From positions 1-63,081 of the IMG/VR virus record IMGVR_UViG_3300024187_000008: 63,081 nt of DNA, one strand, 5' to 3'. The notes below the pieces were generated by a model that was given only the letters and a program-made list of their open reading frames with translations, ran no database searches and was not told where the DNA came from. The stretch is from a virus. Lineage: Duplodnaviria > Caudoviricetes. The position numbers were made by a program, and so were the translations under genes. Below are positions 36,213 through 45,625 of the stretch, in pieces. How positions within the stretch are numbered: the first letter of the stretch is position 1; each line of letters opens with the position of its first letter.

Positions 36213-36328
36213 GGTCGAAACGTGTGGGACAAGTCGCGGATGCGCTACAAACGGGATAGTCTGCACTGAGCGCCCGTAGTCACCCACGGCCCACACGTCG
36301 CACCGTCAAGCGGTGCCTGATGATGACC
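36213..36328 (+). ncRNA. Hammerhead ribozyme 3 (type II, large stem III insert)
   Basis: GGTC-GAAA-CGTGTGGG..(61 nt)..CCCACACG-TC (GUC site)-GCACCG-TCAAG-CGGTGC-CTGATGA-T-GACC. Confidence 0.88.
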
Positions 36329-36348
36329 CACTACACGGGAGGCACAAG

Positions 36349-36576
36349 ATGCATATCACCGAGCGGGCATGGACCCGCATCACGCCATGGGACGTGGCAA
36401 CGTCGCCCCTCACGGGTGACATCGTCCCGATCCTGTCGTTCCAGTCTCAGGAGGATGCAGCGCGTGCCGTGCGTGAGCACAACATGCTGCTGCCCACCTC
36501 CGCCTTCGGGCCGGCGTATCAGGGACCCTTCGGGCGCTACGACTTCCTCCAGCTTGACAAGGAGGACGAATCGTGA
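36349..36576 (+). CDS. Small early protein
   Basis: MHITERAW...; RBS GGGAGG. Confidence 0.65.
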   Translation: MHITERAWTRITPWDVATSPLTGDIVPILSFQSQEDAARAVREHNMLLPTSAFGPAYQGPFGRYDFLQLDKEDES

Positions 36577-37040
36577 AGGACATCCACGATCCCCTCGACG
36601 CTGCCGTGGTGCTCAAGGTGGCGGTGCACAAGCTGCCCGGTGGTGAGCGCGGCTGGTGGCGGTGTGACACCGACACGATCCACGTCAACCCCGCGTCACC
36701 TTACGCCCTGTGGTCCGTGGGACACGAGGTGGGGCACGCAACAGGTGCAGCGAACCGTCTGAACCGTCGCGCGATGCAGTTCTACTATCGCGAGATGAAC
36801 AAGACCATCTTCGCCTATCTGTTCCAGAAGTACCTCAACCGCACCTGCGTCCGCGCCGAGGAGGCCATCTGTGACCTCGTGGCGTACACCTTGACCGGCA
36901 AGACTCGTGTCGATGCCGTAGGCCACCGGAGTGGCTACGGGCAAGTCACCCCCGGCACCCGCACCGACCGGTACGTCCAGTACCACGCGCAGAAGGCCAT
37001 CGAGTATATCACCGCGCAGGTCCAGCAGGAGGCAGCGTGA
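36573..37040 (+). CDS. Zincin-like domain protein resembling the ArdC C-terminal (MPTase) domain
   Basis: HEVGHATG..NRLNR....EEAICDL. Confidence 0.65.
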   Translation: MKDIHDPLDAAVVLKVAVHKLPGGERGWWRCDTDTIHVNPASPYALWSVGHEVGHATGAANRLNRRAMQFYYREMNKTIFAYLFQKYLNRTCVRAEEAICDLVAYTLTGKTRVDAVGHRSGYGQVTPGTRTDRYVQYHAQKAIEYITAQVQQEAA

Positions 37041-39319
37041 ACAAGAAGCCCGTGCTCACCGTCATGCTGGTCGGCACCGACACCGACGTGCTCGCGCGTG
37101 GTATCAGCGAGGACGAGGACGTGTTCAAGCACCTCCACTTCAAGAGCGTCAACGAGGCCGGCCGCTACCTGTTCACCCGGTACGCACCCGTGTACCGCGT
37201 CATCCTCAACCTCGACCCGAGCGTCAGGAGATTCGCATGAAGACCCGCGTCATCACCATCACCGTCAACCTCCCCAACGACTTCCTCAAGATGCAGGACT
37301 GGGCCGGCACCATGGCGCAGCCCCTCGAACGTGTTGCGCAGCGTGCTGTCGATCAGTACGTCGGGCGACTCGAAGACCTCTACCGGGGCGAGAGCCCCCT
37401 TCTCGACAACAAGGAGGACTAACATGAGCCGACGCAAGGTTCGCGGCTTCGTCAAGCAGCCCGTCGAACGGGTGGTCATCAAGCCCGAGCGGCGGACCAC
37501 CGAGCGCAAGGTGGTGCTGAACCCGAGCACCAACGAGTACGAGGTGAAGTACATCGAGACGGTCACCCCTGCGGTCATCAAGCAGGGCAAGGCCGCCGGC
37601 CCGACCACGAAGGGCGGGAGCACCAACCACCAGCAGAAGGCCCCGAAGAAGGCCACTGCGACCACCGGAGGGAAGAAGTGAGCTACGAGAACGCGCAGCA
37701 CATCCCGTTGCGTGTCGAGGTGTCCGACCTCTGCAAGACCGAGGTTGCGGACCTGATCCACCGCTTCGGAAGCCCCATGATCCTGCAAGCGATGGCCGAC
37801 ACGTTCGAGCAGGACTTCATCGAGATCACCGAGAACGCGCACCGCAACATGTACCCGGCGAGCACGCCTCGCGCCTTCGCGCTCCAGCAGTCGCTTTTCT
37901 CTGCCGTCGCACGCCTCCTCGCACTGGGGGTGGGTGCATGACCAAGCGCACGAACGTCGTGTACCTCCGGTGGGATAGCTACTACTTCACCACCATGGAG
38001 GGTAAGCGGTGGGACGTGAGCCCGCTGCTCGAAGACCTGATAAGGGAACTCACGCGCGACAACACCCGCCCGTTCATCCGCGTCAGCACCGAAGAGAGCC
38101 CCGTCCACTACGGGACCACGATGGACCTCGTGGCCAAGCGCACATGGCCCGGGTTCGACGAGGAGGACCACATCTGCTTCTACGCCAAGCGACACCACCC
38201 GTGGTCCGTCGTAGCCACCATCTGTGAAGAGGCACTCGTCTACCTCTTCGGCCGTGTCCCCAAGCAACTCATCATCACCACATCGGAGACTCCGCATGAC
38301 CAAGAAGGTTCTGACTAAGAACGTCAAGCTGGTGGGCGGTCCCCTCGCAGGTCGTGAGGTGGCCGTCCCTCGCAGCGCCGAGACGTATCGCGTGGGTCGA
38401 GGCGTCGGCTTCTGGACCTACAACTTCGCCGGCCGTGAAGGCAGGCAGGAGTTGTTCGCCATCGTGCCGCCGTCACGCGCAGCGATGCGCCTCATCTGGT
38501 GGTACGTGGGCAAGCATGGGAAGGACCCGCGCGTCGAATCTGAGGCGTTGAAACGCACGCCTGTTCGTGGTACCATCGACCCTCGTGGGCGTGGTGCAGC
38601 GAAGCGGGCAGCGAGGAGAGCGGGCGCATGATGGAACTCTTCCGCCCCAAGCCCATGACCACGCTTCAGGTGGTCGGAGTGCAGAACCTCGTCGGACGCA
38701 AGCACGAGTGGGTGCGCGTCTTCGGCTACAAGGAGGGCGATCCCAACAAGAAGCTGTACGAGGTGGCGCTGAACTCGAAGGACGCTGTCGATCTGATCGA
38801 GGACGCCAACGCAACGAAGACGTTCCCGATGATCGAGGTCCCGAGCAACACAGTCGTCACCATCCTCAACACCTCCGACATCGAGGTCATCCACATGAGC
38901 GACCCGGACAGCGGGAGAATCTCGTGACCGAGAACAAGGACTACGTCAAGCGCCTGACCGACGGCTTCGCGCTCATGCACGCATCGGACGACACTCTTGG
39001 CGTTCAGCACCAGACGTTCAGTGGTGACAAGCTGAACCCGACCGACGACGCGACCGACAACTACCTCAGCCCCTTGCTCGACGCCGAGGTTCATGGTATC
39101 ATCCGCGAAACCGAAGAACTACGCCACCTGGGCAAGCTGAAGCCCTTCACCGAGGGAGAACCGATCGGCGCCTACCCGGGCAAGGCCAAGACCCGGAAGG
39201 TGACCACCACTGAGAACACGAAGTACCTGAACAGGCGCAAGGAGATCGAGCGTGAGATCATGCTCGAACGCCGGGCGCGCAACATCGCCACCATGAAGTC
39301 CATCAAGGAGACGCTATGA
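37037..39319 (+). other. Run of eight translationally coupled small hypothetical early genes (37037-37240, 37237-37422, 37424-37681, 37678-37941, 37938-38318, 38296-38631, 38628-38927, 38924-39319)
   Basis: Overlapping ATGA/GTGA junctions and GC3-rich frames; no recognisable motifs. Confidence 0.65.
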
Positions 39320-39780
39320 GCGCACTCGAACGGCGCAGCGAACTCATGAAGCTGGCCGAGATGCTGAACGACCACCGCAAGGCTCTCGCCGCCACCATCC
39401 ACGAGATCAACGAGGCCACCGCCCTCCTCGTCAACGAGGCCGACAAGCTGCTGCCGGCTGCGGCCGACGAGCGTGAGGGTGGCAAGGCGAGCGTCACGAA
39501 GATGACCTTCGGGCAGGCCAAGGTGGACCCGCAGCTTGAGTACATCGCGGCCGGTGGCAAGCAGCGCACCTGCTCGAACTGCAAGCAGAAGGGGCACACC
39601 GCGCGCACCTGCACGAACGAGCGGGCCATCGAGGTCAACGACGAGGGCGATGTGGTTGCTCCCTCGAAGGGCTCGAAGGCACCAAAGGCGAAGCGCAAGA
39701 TGAAGCCGCTCACACCGGAGCGCAAGGCCGCACTGGCGCAGCAACTCGTCAAGGCCCGCGCAGCGAGGGGGACGAAGTGA
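39316..39780 (+). CDS. Zinc-knuckle (CCHC) nucleic-acid-binding protein
   Basis: CSNCKQKGHTARTC plus a basic C-terminus. Confidence 0.7.
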   Translation: MSALERRSELMKLAEMLNDHRKALAATIHEINEATALLVNEADKLLPAAADEREGGKASVTKMTFGQAKVDPQLEYIAAGGKQRTCSNCKQKGHTARTCTNERAIEVNDEGDVVAPSKGSKAPKAKRKMKPLTPERKAALAQQLVKARAARGTK

Positions 39781-40031
39781 CCGATCACGAGAAGCGTACC
39801 GACAAGGTGGTGGAGTTCCTCACGGAGAGGACCCGCGCCTTCGACCACGGTGACATCACGTTCGACATGCTCGTCAGCGACATGCGTATCGTGGTCGCCG
39901 AGCAACTGGGCATAGCCTACGACCAGGGCTTCGGTGACGGACTCGACTTCGCTGAGGACGACACCGAGGAGCCCACCTACGAGGTGGACTTCGAGGACGA
40001 CGAGGAGGAGGACGATGACCTCTCGTTCTAA
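39777..40031 (+). CDS. Small protein with very acidic C-terminus
   Basis: ...DFEDDEEEDDDLSF. Confidence 0.6.
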   Translation: MTDHEKRTDKVVEFLTERTRAFDHGDITFDMLVSDMRIVVAEQLGIAYDQGFGDGLDFAEDDTEEPTYEVDFEDDEEEDDDLSF

Positions 40032-40575
40032 CCACAAGGTGAAGGTGTACGCCGGGCAGGACTCCGGCTACCTCCCGCACCTCAACGTCGGCAAGCTGGA
40101 CGCCGTGATGGACAACGTGGAGATGGCGCTGCGCGACAAGCTCGACGAGTTCGACTCCGTGCTCGTGCAGGGCATCAGTGGCATCGTGCCCGGGGCCATC
40201 TTCTGCTGGCGCCACGGCAAGAACCTCGTGGTGCTGCGCAAGAACGAGTACAGCCACGGCGCCTGGATGGAGGGTCACCTGACCGAACGCTTCGTCATCC
40301 TTGACGACTTCATGGCGCGCGGTCGTACCGTGGAGCGTCTGCTTCAGGCCGGTGAACTGGCCGGCAAGGGGTGCCCCAAGTACCTCGTGCTCTATTCGGT
40401 GGCGGATGGCCGGCTCGGCTACAACAGACTCGATGAGTACGACATCACCCGCACGCAGGAGGAGGCGGACAAGGCGCTCTGTTGCTTCCGCGTCAGGAAG
40501 CTGACCGACGCCGAGATGAAGTACCGCCGTCGTGGCGAGTTCCGCTCGTTCGACATCGACAACACTGCGCGATGA
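40015..40575 (+). CDS. Type I phosphoribosyltransferase-like protein
   Basis: GISG, VVLRK, PRPP-binding loop FVILDDFMARGRT. Confidence 0.75.
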   Translation: MTSRSNHKVKVYAGQDSGYLPHLNVGKLDAVMDNVEMALRDKLDEFDSVLVQGISGIVPGAIFCWRHGKNLVVLRKNEYSHGAWMEGHLTERFVILDDFMARGRTVERLLQAGELAGKGCPKYLVLYSVADGRLGYNRLDEYDITRTQEEADKALCCFRVRKLTDAEMKYRRRGEFRSFDIDNTAR

Positions 40576-40696
40576 AGTTCGCGTGGCAGAACCCGTGCGG
40601 TGCGACGTACATGTACGCGCGCCGTGGTTTCCGCATCACCATCGCCAGCCTCGTGATCGAGGTCTGGATCAACTACCCACAGAAGAGAGGAAGCAG

Positions 40697-41167
40697 ATGA
40701 CCTTCGACCCGCAGTACGAACGCTTCAAGCAGATCGTCCTCCACCTAATCCGGGTGGAGCACGTTCACCACGTATCCATCTTCGAGGTGCAGACCGAGAT
40801 GGGCACGCTCGACAGCCAGCACGACAACGCGCTCCGCTTCAAGCGCGAGTTCCCCCTGTTCTCCGGCTACCTCAGTCCGCGCGCGAAGCAGCCCAACCGG
40901 GCGAAGCCGTCGCGCAGTCACCGGCCGCTCGCGTTCATCTGGCTGCGCACCCACTGGAACGACTTCCTCACCCTCGAAGCCGTGTGCCTTAGCACCCCGG
41001 GCCGCATTAACTTCAAGCGTGCCCTGCGCGAGGCCGGCATCCGCGAGTACAACAACCTCATCATGCCTACCCTCCGTCGCCTGCTGCTCAAACGCCACCC
41101 GCTATCGTTGGCGGGCCGCGTGAAGATTCGCAAGCGCACGGTTAGTGGCACCCCGGTGCTCGCGTGA
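40697..41167 (+). CDS. Basic hypothetical protein
   Basis: GAGGA RBS; GC3-rich frame. Confidence 0.6.
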   Translation: MTFDPQYERFKQIVLHLIRVEHVHHVSIFEVQTEMGTLDSQHDNALRFKREFPLFSGYLSPRAKQPNRAKPSRSHRPLAFIWLRTHWNDFLTLEAVCLSTPGRINFKRALREAGIREYNNLIMPTLRRLLLKRHPLSLAGRVKIRKRTVSGTPVLA

Positions 41168-41798
41168 TCCGGCGCTCCCTCGCAGGGGCGCTGCTCCTCG
41201 CGCTCGCACTGCTCGCTGGCATCGCCGTCTTCGCGTGGAGTGACGACCCGCTCGGCGGTGTCCCGTTCCCCCGCCACGTCGAGTGGACCCAGTACACGGT
41301 GCCGGAAGACGGCTGGACCCTGTGCAAGCCGGCCACCGACACGACCGAGGTCTGCATCAAGCTGTCCCCGGGCACCGAGGTCTACGTGCCCCGGTGGGTA
41401 CCCGGCGCCGACCCACACGGCGAGGGAGCAGCCCGCATGAGGAAGGCCGCATGGTAGGCTGGTTGAAGCTCGGGCTCGCCATCACCCTGGCCGTGGTCGC
41501 TGGCGCCGCCTTCGTCTTCGTCACCTGCGTCTGGCTCTACTTGCACCTGAAGGGGGTCCAATGAAGAAGGGCCTGCTGATCCACCGTGTCGCCGAGCGCC
41601 TGATCCGCCTCTGGATGGGGCTCGCCGTGGTCCTGCTCATCATCGTCATGATCCCCGTCACCCTGATCGTGTGGTTCTGTGATGGGTGGTAGCTGGCGGG
41701 CCGGCCTCTTCCTCCTCGGGCTCGGGGTGTACGCCCTCGGGTGGACCCTCTGGGCCATCCTTGGACCCCCCATCCTGACCCTGGTCAGGGGCTTCTGA
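41164..41798 (+). other. Cluster of four small secreted/membrane proteins (41164-41457, 41451-41564, 41561-41692, 41682-41798)
   Basis: Each has a hydrophobic segment; the first has a signal-peptide-like N-terminus. Confidence 0.55.
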
Positions 41799-42064
41799 TA
41801 CCTAGGAACTATAACACCTACTCCAGTAAGAAGAATGGCGAGCGGCTACGCCTCGCTCTCGCTCGATCCGCCGTCATTCTATTTCTTACACTGGAGGGAA
41901 GAACAAGAAGAAGTAGCAAGAAGCGGGGGGCGGCCCGAGCACACCCGTGCGACGGCGGCGTCGTGCCCTCCGTAGGACGTGCAGGAAGGGGCCTCGCGTG
42001 CCCGCCTGAGCCCGATCTCCGGGCTCTTGAACATCCACACCATTTACAGTGAAAGGCTACAACG

Positions 42065-42382
42065 ATGACACCCGAACTCCGCACCATGCTGGACCAGATC
42101 GACACCTTCCTCTCCACCGAGGGACCCGACGCGATCTGCCTCTGGGAGATCATGACCGCCCTCCGTGGTCCCGACGACTGGCGGCAGGGTGGCGACAAGC
42201 AGACCTCGACCTCGGTCATCCGCACCGCCGCCTTCCCGAAGACCTCACTCAAGCCGCAGGTCAGCGCCGACTTCGCTGACCCTCGGACGGCGTACATCCA
42301 GCCGAGCTACATCGAGGGTTCGCCCCACTTCGCCAGCCACTCGCGTTGGGCGGCCGTCGCACTGGGGCTGTACACGGGCTAG
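42065..42382 (+). CDS. Hypothetical protein
   Basis: AAAGG RBS; normal codon usage. Confidence 0.65.
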   Translation: MTPELRTMLDQIDTFLSTEGPDAICLWEIMTALRGPDDWRQGGDKQTSTSVIRTAAFPKTSLKPQVSADFADPRTAYIQPSYIEGSPHFASHSRWAAVALGLYTG

Positions 42383-42389
42383 CAATCTA

Positions 42390-42444
42390 CCGGGTTCGAT
42401 TCCCGGCGGGCGTGGGGGCGCCCGAGGGCCGGCAGGTAGCCGGC
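42390..42444 (+). ncRNA. Second permuted tRNA-like element (T arm > closed acceptor stem > D-like arm)
   Basis: CCGGG-TTCGATT-CCCGG, then CGGGCGT-GGGG-GCGCCCG (7 bp), then a hairpin with an AGGTA loop; intergenic. Confidence 0.6.
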
Positions 42445-42478
42445 GAAGCGGGGTCGCTCCCCGTCCCCCATTTTTCCC

Positions 42479-42516
42479 TTGACCCACGCCTCGCCGGGTG
42501 GGATGATGAGTCTGGA
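42479..42516 (+). promoter_or_regulatory. Sigma70-type promoter with conserved AGTCTGGA motif
   Basis: TTGACC-N17-GATGAT-GAGTCTGGA. Confidence 0.6.
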
Positions 42517-42527
42517 GGACCACCACC

Positions 42528-43457
42528 ATGGACCCATTCGATCAACCCGAGCAGCGTCCGTTCGACATGTTCGCGCAGTACCGGGCCGTGACGCCCGGCG
42601 ACAACCGCCGCACCCCGCTCGAAGTGCTGGCCGCCGAGCAGAGGATCATCACCTTCGCCGACGCCCTGCTGACGTGGATGCGGGAGATGCAGCCCGAGCT
42701 TGGGCAGTCGCCCGAGATGGCCGGCTTCTTCACGCACGAGCGAGGGAACCCGCTGGCAGCGCAGCCGGGTGATGGCTACGACCCAGGCTCGAAGGAGCCA
42801 GCGAAGCACATGGTCCTCGACAAGATGGACCGAGACGCCAACCGCCTGATGCTCGACCTCCTGCGCGCAGCGTGGGAGCGCCGGACGTGGCAGGCATACC
42901 ATGGACTGAGGAGCAACGTCACATGAAGAGGAATCCCCTAAAGATCGTTCAGATCGCCGTATCCGTGATGAGCACGGACGAAGGCGACCACGAGACTCTG
43001 TACGCCCTCGACGCAGCGGGTCAAATATGGGAACGGAACTGGAGCTACGAGACCTACGAGAACGAGTGGAAGGCGGTTTCACTCCCGGGAGACCTCAAAA
43101 CGTGAGAACACGCGACGAGGACATCAAGCGACTGGAGATACAGGAGAGCGAGCGCATCAACTACGGGTGGTCGCCCGACGATCTCCTGAAGCTGGCGCTC
43201 TCGCAACTCGCCTACGAGGCGGCCAAGTGGCTCGCCAACCACAGGAGAACGCGTTGACCTACTCGTACCGCTACATCATCCACGTACGCATGGAGGGGAT
43301 GAGCGAGACGTGGTACTGTGACCGCTACGAGCGGGACAGTGACAACGTCTACACCCTCCACGGTGGATGGCAGCCGCACCAGCAGGAACCACCGCCGCGC
43401 CTCGTCACCATCCGGCCCGGTATCACCACCACCGTCACCACGGAGAAGGTCGCGTGA
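42528..43457 (+). other. Four small hypothetical genes (42528-42926, 42923-43105, ~43102-43257, ~43254-43457)
   Basis: Coupled start/stop junctions. Confidence 0.55.
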
Positions 43458-44569
43458 AGAAGCAGAGTCACCCCCTACTGATCGGCATCAACAACGTCAA
43501 GCCGTATCCCTTGGTGGACACGGCGGCGATGTGGGCGGAGAAGGCACCGCCGATGCTGATCGAGTCGTTCCTCCCCGCTGCCGGCGTGATGGGGATCACC
43601 TCGTACCCGGGCGTGGGCAAGACGTGGCTCACACTGGAGATCATCCGGGCCGTGGCTACTGGCTCGAAGTTTCTCGACAAGTTCGTGGTCAACAACAAGG
43701 GCGGCGCCCTCTTCGTGGGCTCTGACTCCTCCGTCTACGACTACGCACGCCAGTGGAAGCGGCTGACCTCCGAGTCCGAGGGAGCAATCGAGTTCGAGGC
43801 TGCCCGCTTCCTGCTCCAGTCCTCCTTCATGCTCGACAACATCGACGAGGTGCGCCGGCTGATCCGCACCTGCCGTGCGTTCGAGTGGGGGCAGGAAGAA
43901 CTGACCGGCGAAGGGACCGAGGACGCACACTTCGCTCGCCGCAAGGGCGTGGACGTGATCGTGTTCGACACCCTCTCGCGCCTTTCGCGTGCGAACCAGA
44001 ACGACAACACCCAGATGGAGGAGGTCTTCCGCAACATCCGGCACATCGCCGAGTTCACCGGGGCAGCCTGCATCCTGCTCCACCACAACGCGAAGAAGTC
44101 CGAGTTCAACGACGGCTCCGACTGGCGTGGTGCCATGTCGCAGATCGGCGCCCTCGACTCGTGGGTGCAACTCGCGTCGGCGCGCAAGGACAAGTCGTTG
44201 GTCGGCGTTCAGTACAAGAAGTTCCGGGGTATCCAGCCCGAGGACTTCGCGTACCGCATGAACGTGGACGATCCCGTGACCGCTCGCCTGCTCGTATCGG
44301 ACGAGACGGTCGGATCGTGGGCGACCCTCGCGGACCCGCTCGCAGTCGCTCTGTTCGAGGAGATCACCCGAGAACCTGGGCGTACCTCACCTGAGCTACG
44401 TGATGCGCTCTGGCCGCGCTTCGAGAAGGAAGGCTTCGGCGACAAGTCGCTCTTCACCAAGGCCGTGAACAACCGCCTCTACACGATGTCCGCCCGCTCC
44501 CGCGTGAGTAAGACCAGTGAGAATGGACGACCGACGTATGGCCCGCCGCAAGCAGCCGCCACTCAGTAG
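43454..44569 (+). CDS. RecA-fold helicase (AAA_25/RepA-like SF4) with C-terminal winged helix
   Basis: Walker A YPGVGKT, Walker B VIVFDT, LLHH..K, WRG.S. Confidence 0.85.
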   Translation: MKKQSHPLLIGINNVKPYPLVDTAAMWAEKAPPMLIESFLPAAGVMGITSYPGVGKTWLTLEIIRAVATGSKFLDKFVVNNKGGALFVGSDSSVYDYARQWKRLTSESEGAIEFEAARFLLQSSFMLDNIDEVRRLIRTCRAFEWGQEELTGEGTEDAHFARRKGVDVIVFDTLSRLSRANQNDNTQMEEVFRNIRHIAEFTGAACILLHHNAKKSEFNDGSDWRGAMSQIGALDSWVQLASARKDKSLVGVQYKKFRGIQPEDFAYRMNVDDPVTARLLVSDETVGSWATLADPLAVALFEEITREPGRTSPELRDALWPRFEKEGFGDKSLFTKAVNNRLYTMSARSRVSKTSENGRPTYGPPQAAATQ

Positions 44570-44620
44570 CCTCATCCACCAGTGCGAGGACCTCGAAGAC
44601 CTCGACATCACGGAGACCCG

Positions 44621-44872
44621 ATGCCCATCTACACCTACCGCTGCCCGAACTGCGGACACGAGTGGGACGAAGTCCGGTCCCTCACGGAAGAGTCGCAAGC
44701 GTCCGTGGACCCGTGTCCGGTTTGTACGGAGAGAGCCTCTGGACCAGCAGGACTCAGTCCGGGGCAACCCGTTCCCGTCGTCGGGACCAAGGTCCCTTCG
44801 TCGTTCTCAGTGAAGTTCATCGGTAGTGGCTTCACCCCCACCTTCTACCCGAACCAGAGAGGTAACAAATGA
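44621..44872 (+). CDS. FmdB-family zinc-ribbon protein
   Basis: MPIYTYRCPNCGHEW...CPVC...F.GSGF. Confidence 0.85.
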   Translation: MPIYTYRCPNCGHEWDEVRSLTEESQASVDPCPVCTERASGPAGLSPGQPVPVVGTKVPSSFSVKFIGSGFTPTFYPNQRGNK

Positions 44873-45027
44873 ACTGGAACAAGTTGCGTATCTGCGTGGC
44901 AAAGATCAGTCTCGGCGTTGGTATCCTCGGCATCATCGTCGGCATCTGGCTCCCGGCCCCGTGGCTCTTCATCATGGGGTTGGGCAATGTCATTCTGGCG
45001 CTCATGCTCGACTCTCGCTGCTGCTAG
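44869..45027 (+). CDS. Small two-TM protein
   Basis: MNWNKLRICVAKISLGVGILGIIVGIW... Confidence 0.5.
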   Translation: MNWNKLRICVAKISLGVGILGIIVGIWLPAPWLFIMGLGNVILALMLDSRCC

Positions 45028-45601
45028 TCTCCTGCTGTGGGCCGCGCCCGTGTCAGGGAGCGTGCTCGTCGAGTTGCACCCGACACTGTGCTCCACCATG
45101 CATGTGGGGCCGGTCGAGGGTCGCATCGACGGGCACCTCCACCTCGGGCTCGGTCAGTCGCTCGCCCTCAACGGCACCCACTTCGGTGCGATCGTTGGCA
45201 CCGACTACTACACCCTCACCATGTGGAGTTCGCCCGATGACTCGGCCCCACGCACGCACATCTGGCAACTCCTCTTCGAGTGCGAGAACGAACGCACGTA
45301 CGCCGGCCGCTCGACGATCACCTCGCGCGTCCACATCATCAGCGGTGGCGGTGACGCCATCGACTTCCTCACCACAGAAGCAGTCCTCCAGGCGGTCCCG
45401 CACTTCGGCGCGGCCAACCGCTCGGGGCAAGTCCCTGTCGAGCAGAAGCGCATCGCCGGATCACTCATCGTTGGACGGCACCTCGGACCCGTCACGCTCC
45501 GGCTCGGCATCACGTCAACGTCGCACTGGCAGGCGTCGATCGCACTGCCACTGCAACTACTGGATCATTATGGCAGTGGGCGGATGCGCCGATTGCCGTA
45601 A
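44987..45601 (+). CDS. Putative secreted beta-rich protein
   Basis: Signal-peptide-like LAAASLLLWAAPVSG; alternating beta strands. Confidence 0.5.
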   Translation: MSFWRSCSTLAAASLLLWAAPVSGSVLVELHPTLCSTMHVGPVEGRIDGHLHLGLGQSLALNGTHFGAIVGTDYYTLTMWSSPDDSAPRTHIWQLLFECENERTYAGRSTITSRVHIISGGGDAIDFLTTEAVLQAVPHFGAANRSGQVPVEQKRIAGSLIVGRHLGPVTLRLGITSTSHWQASIALPLQLLDHYGSGRMRRLP

Positions 45602-45625
45602 CTCCAAACTAAGGAGAACCACACG

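Noticed and set aside
42390-42413. attP site (tRNA 3' fragment) implying a temperate lifestyle
   Set aside because: No integrase or repressor module was recognised, and the fragment pairs with its own downstream 5' strand. Kept only as an alternative explanation.
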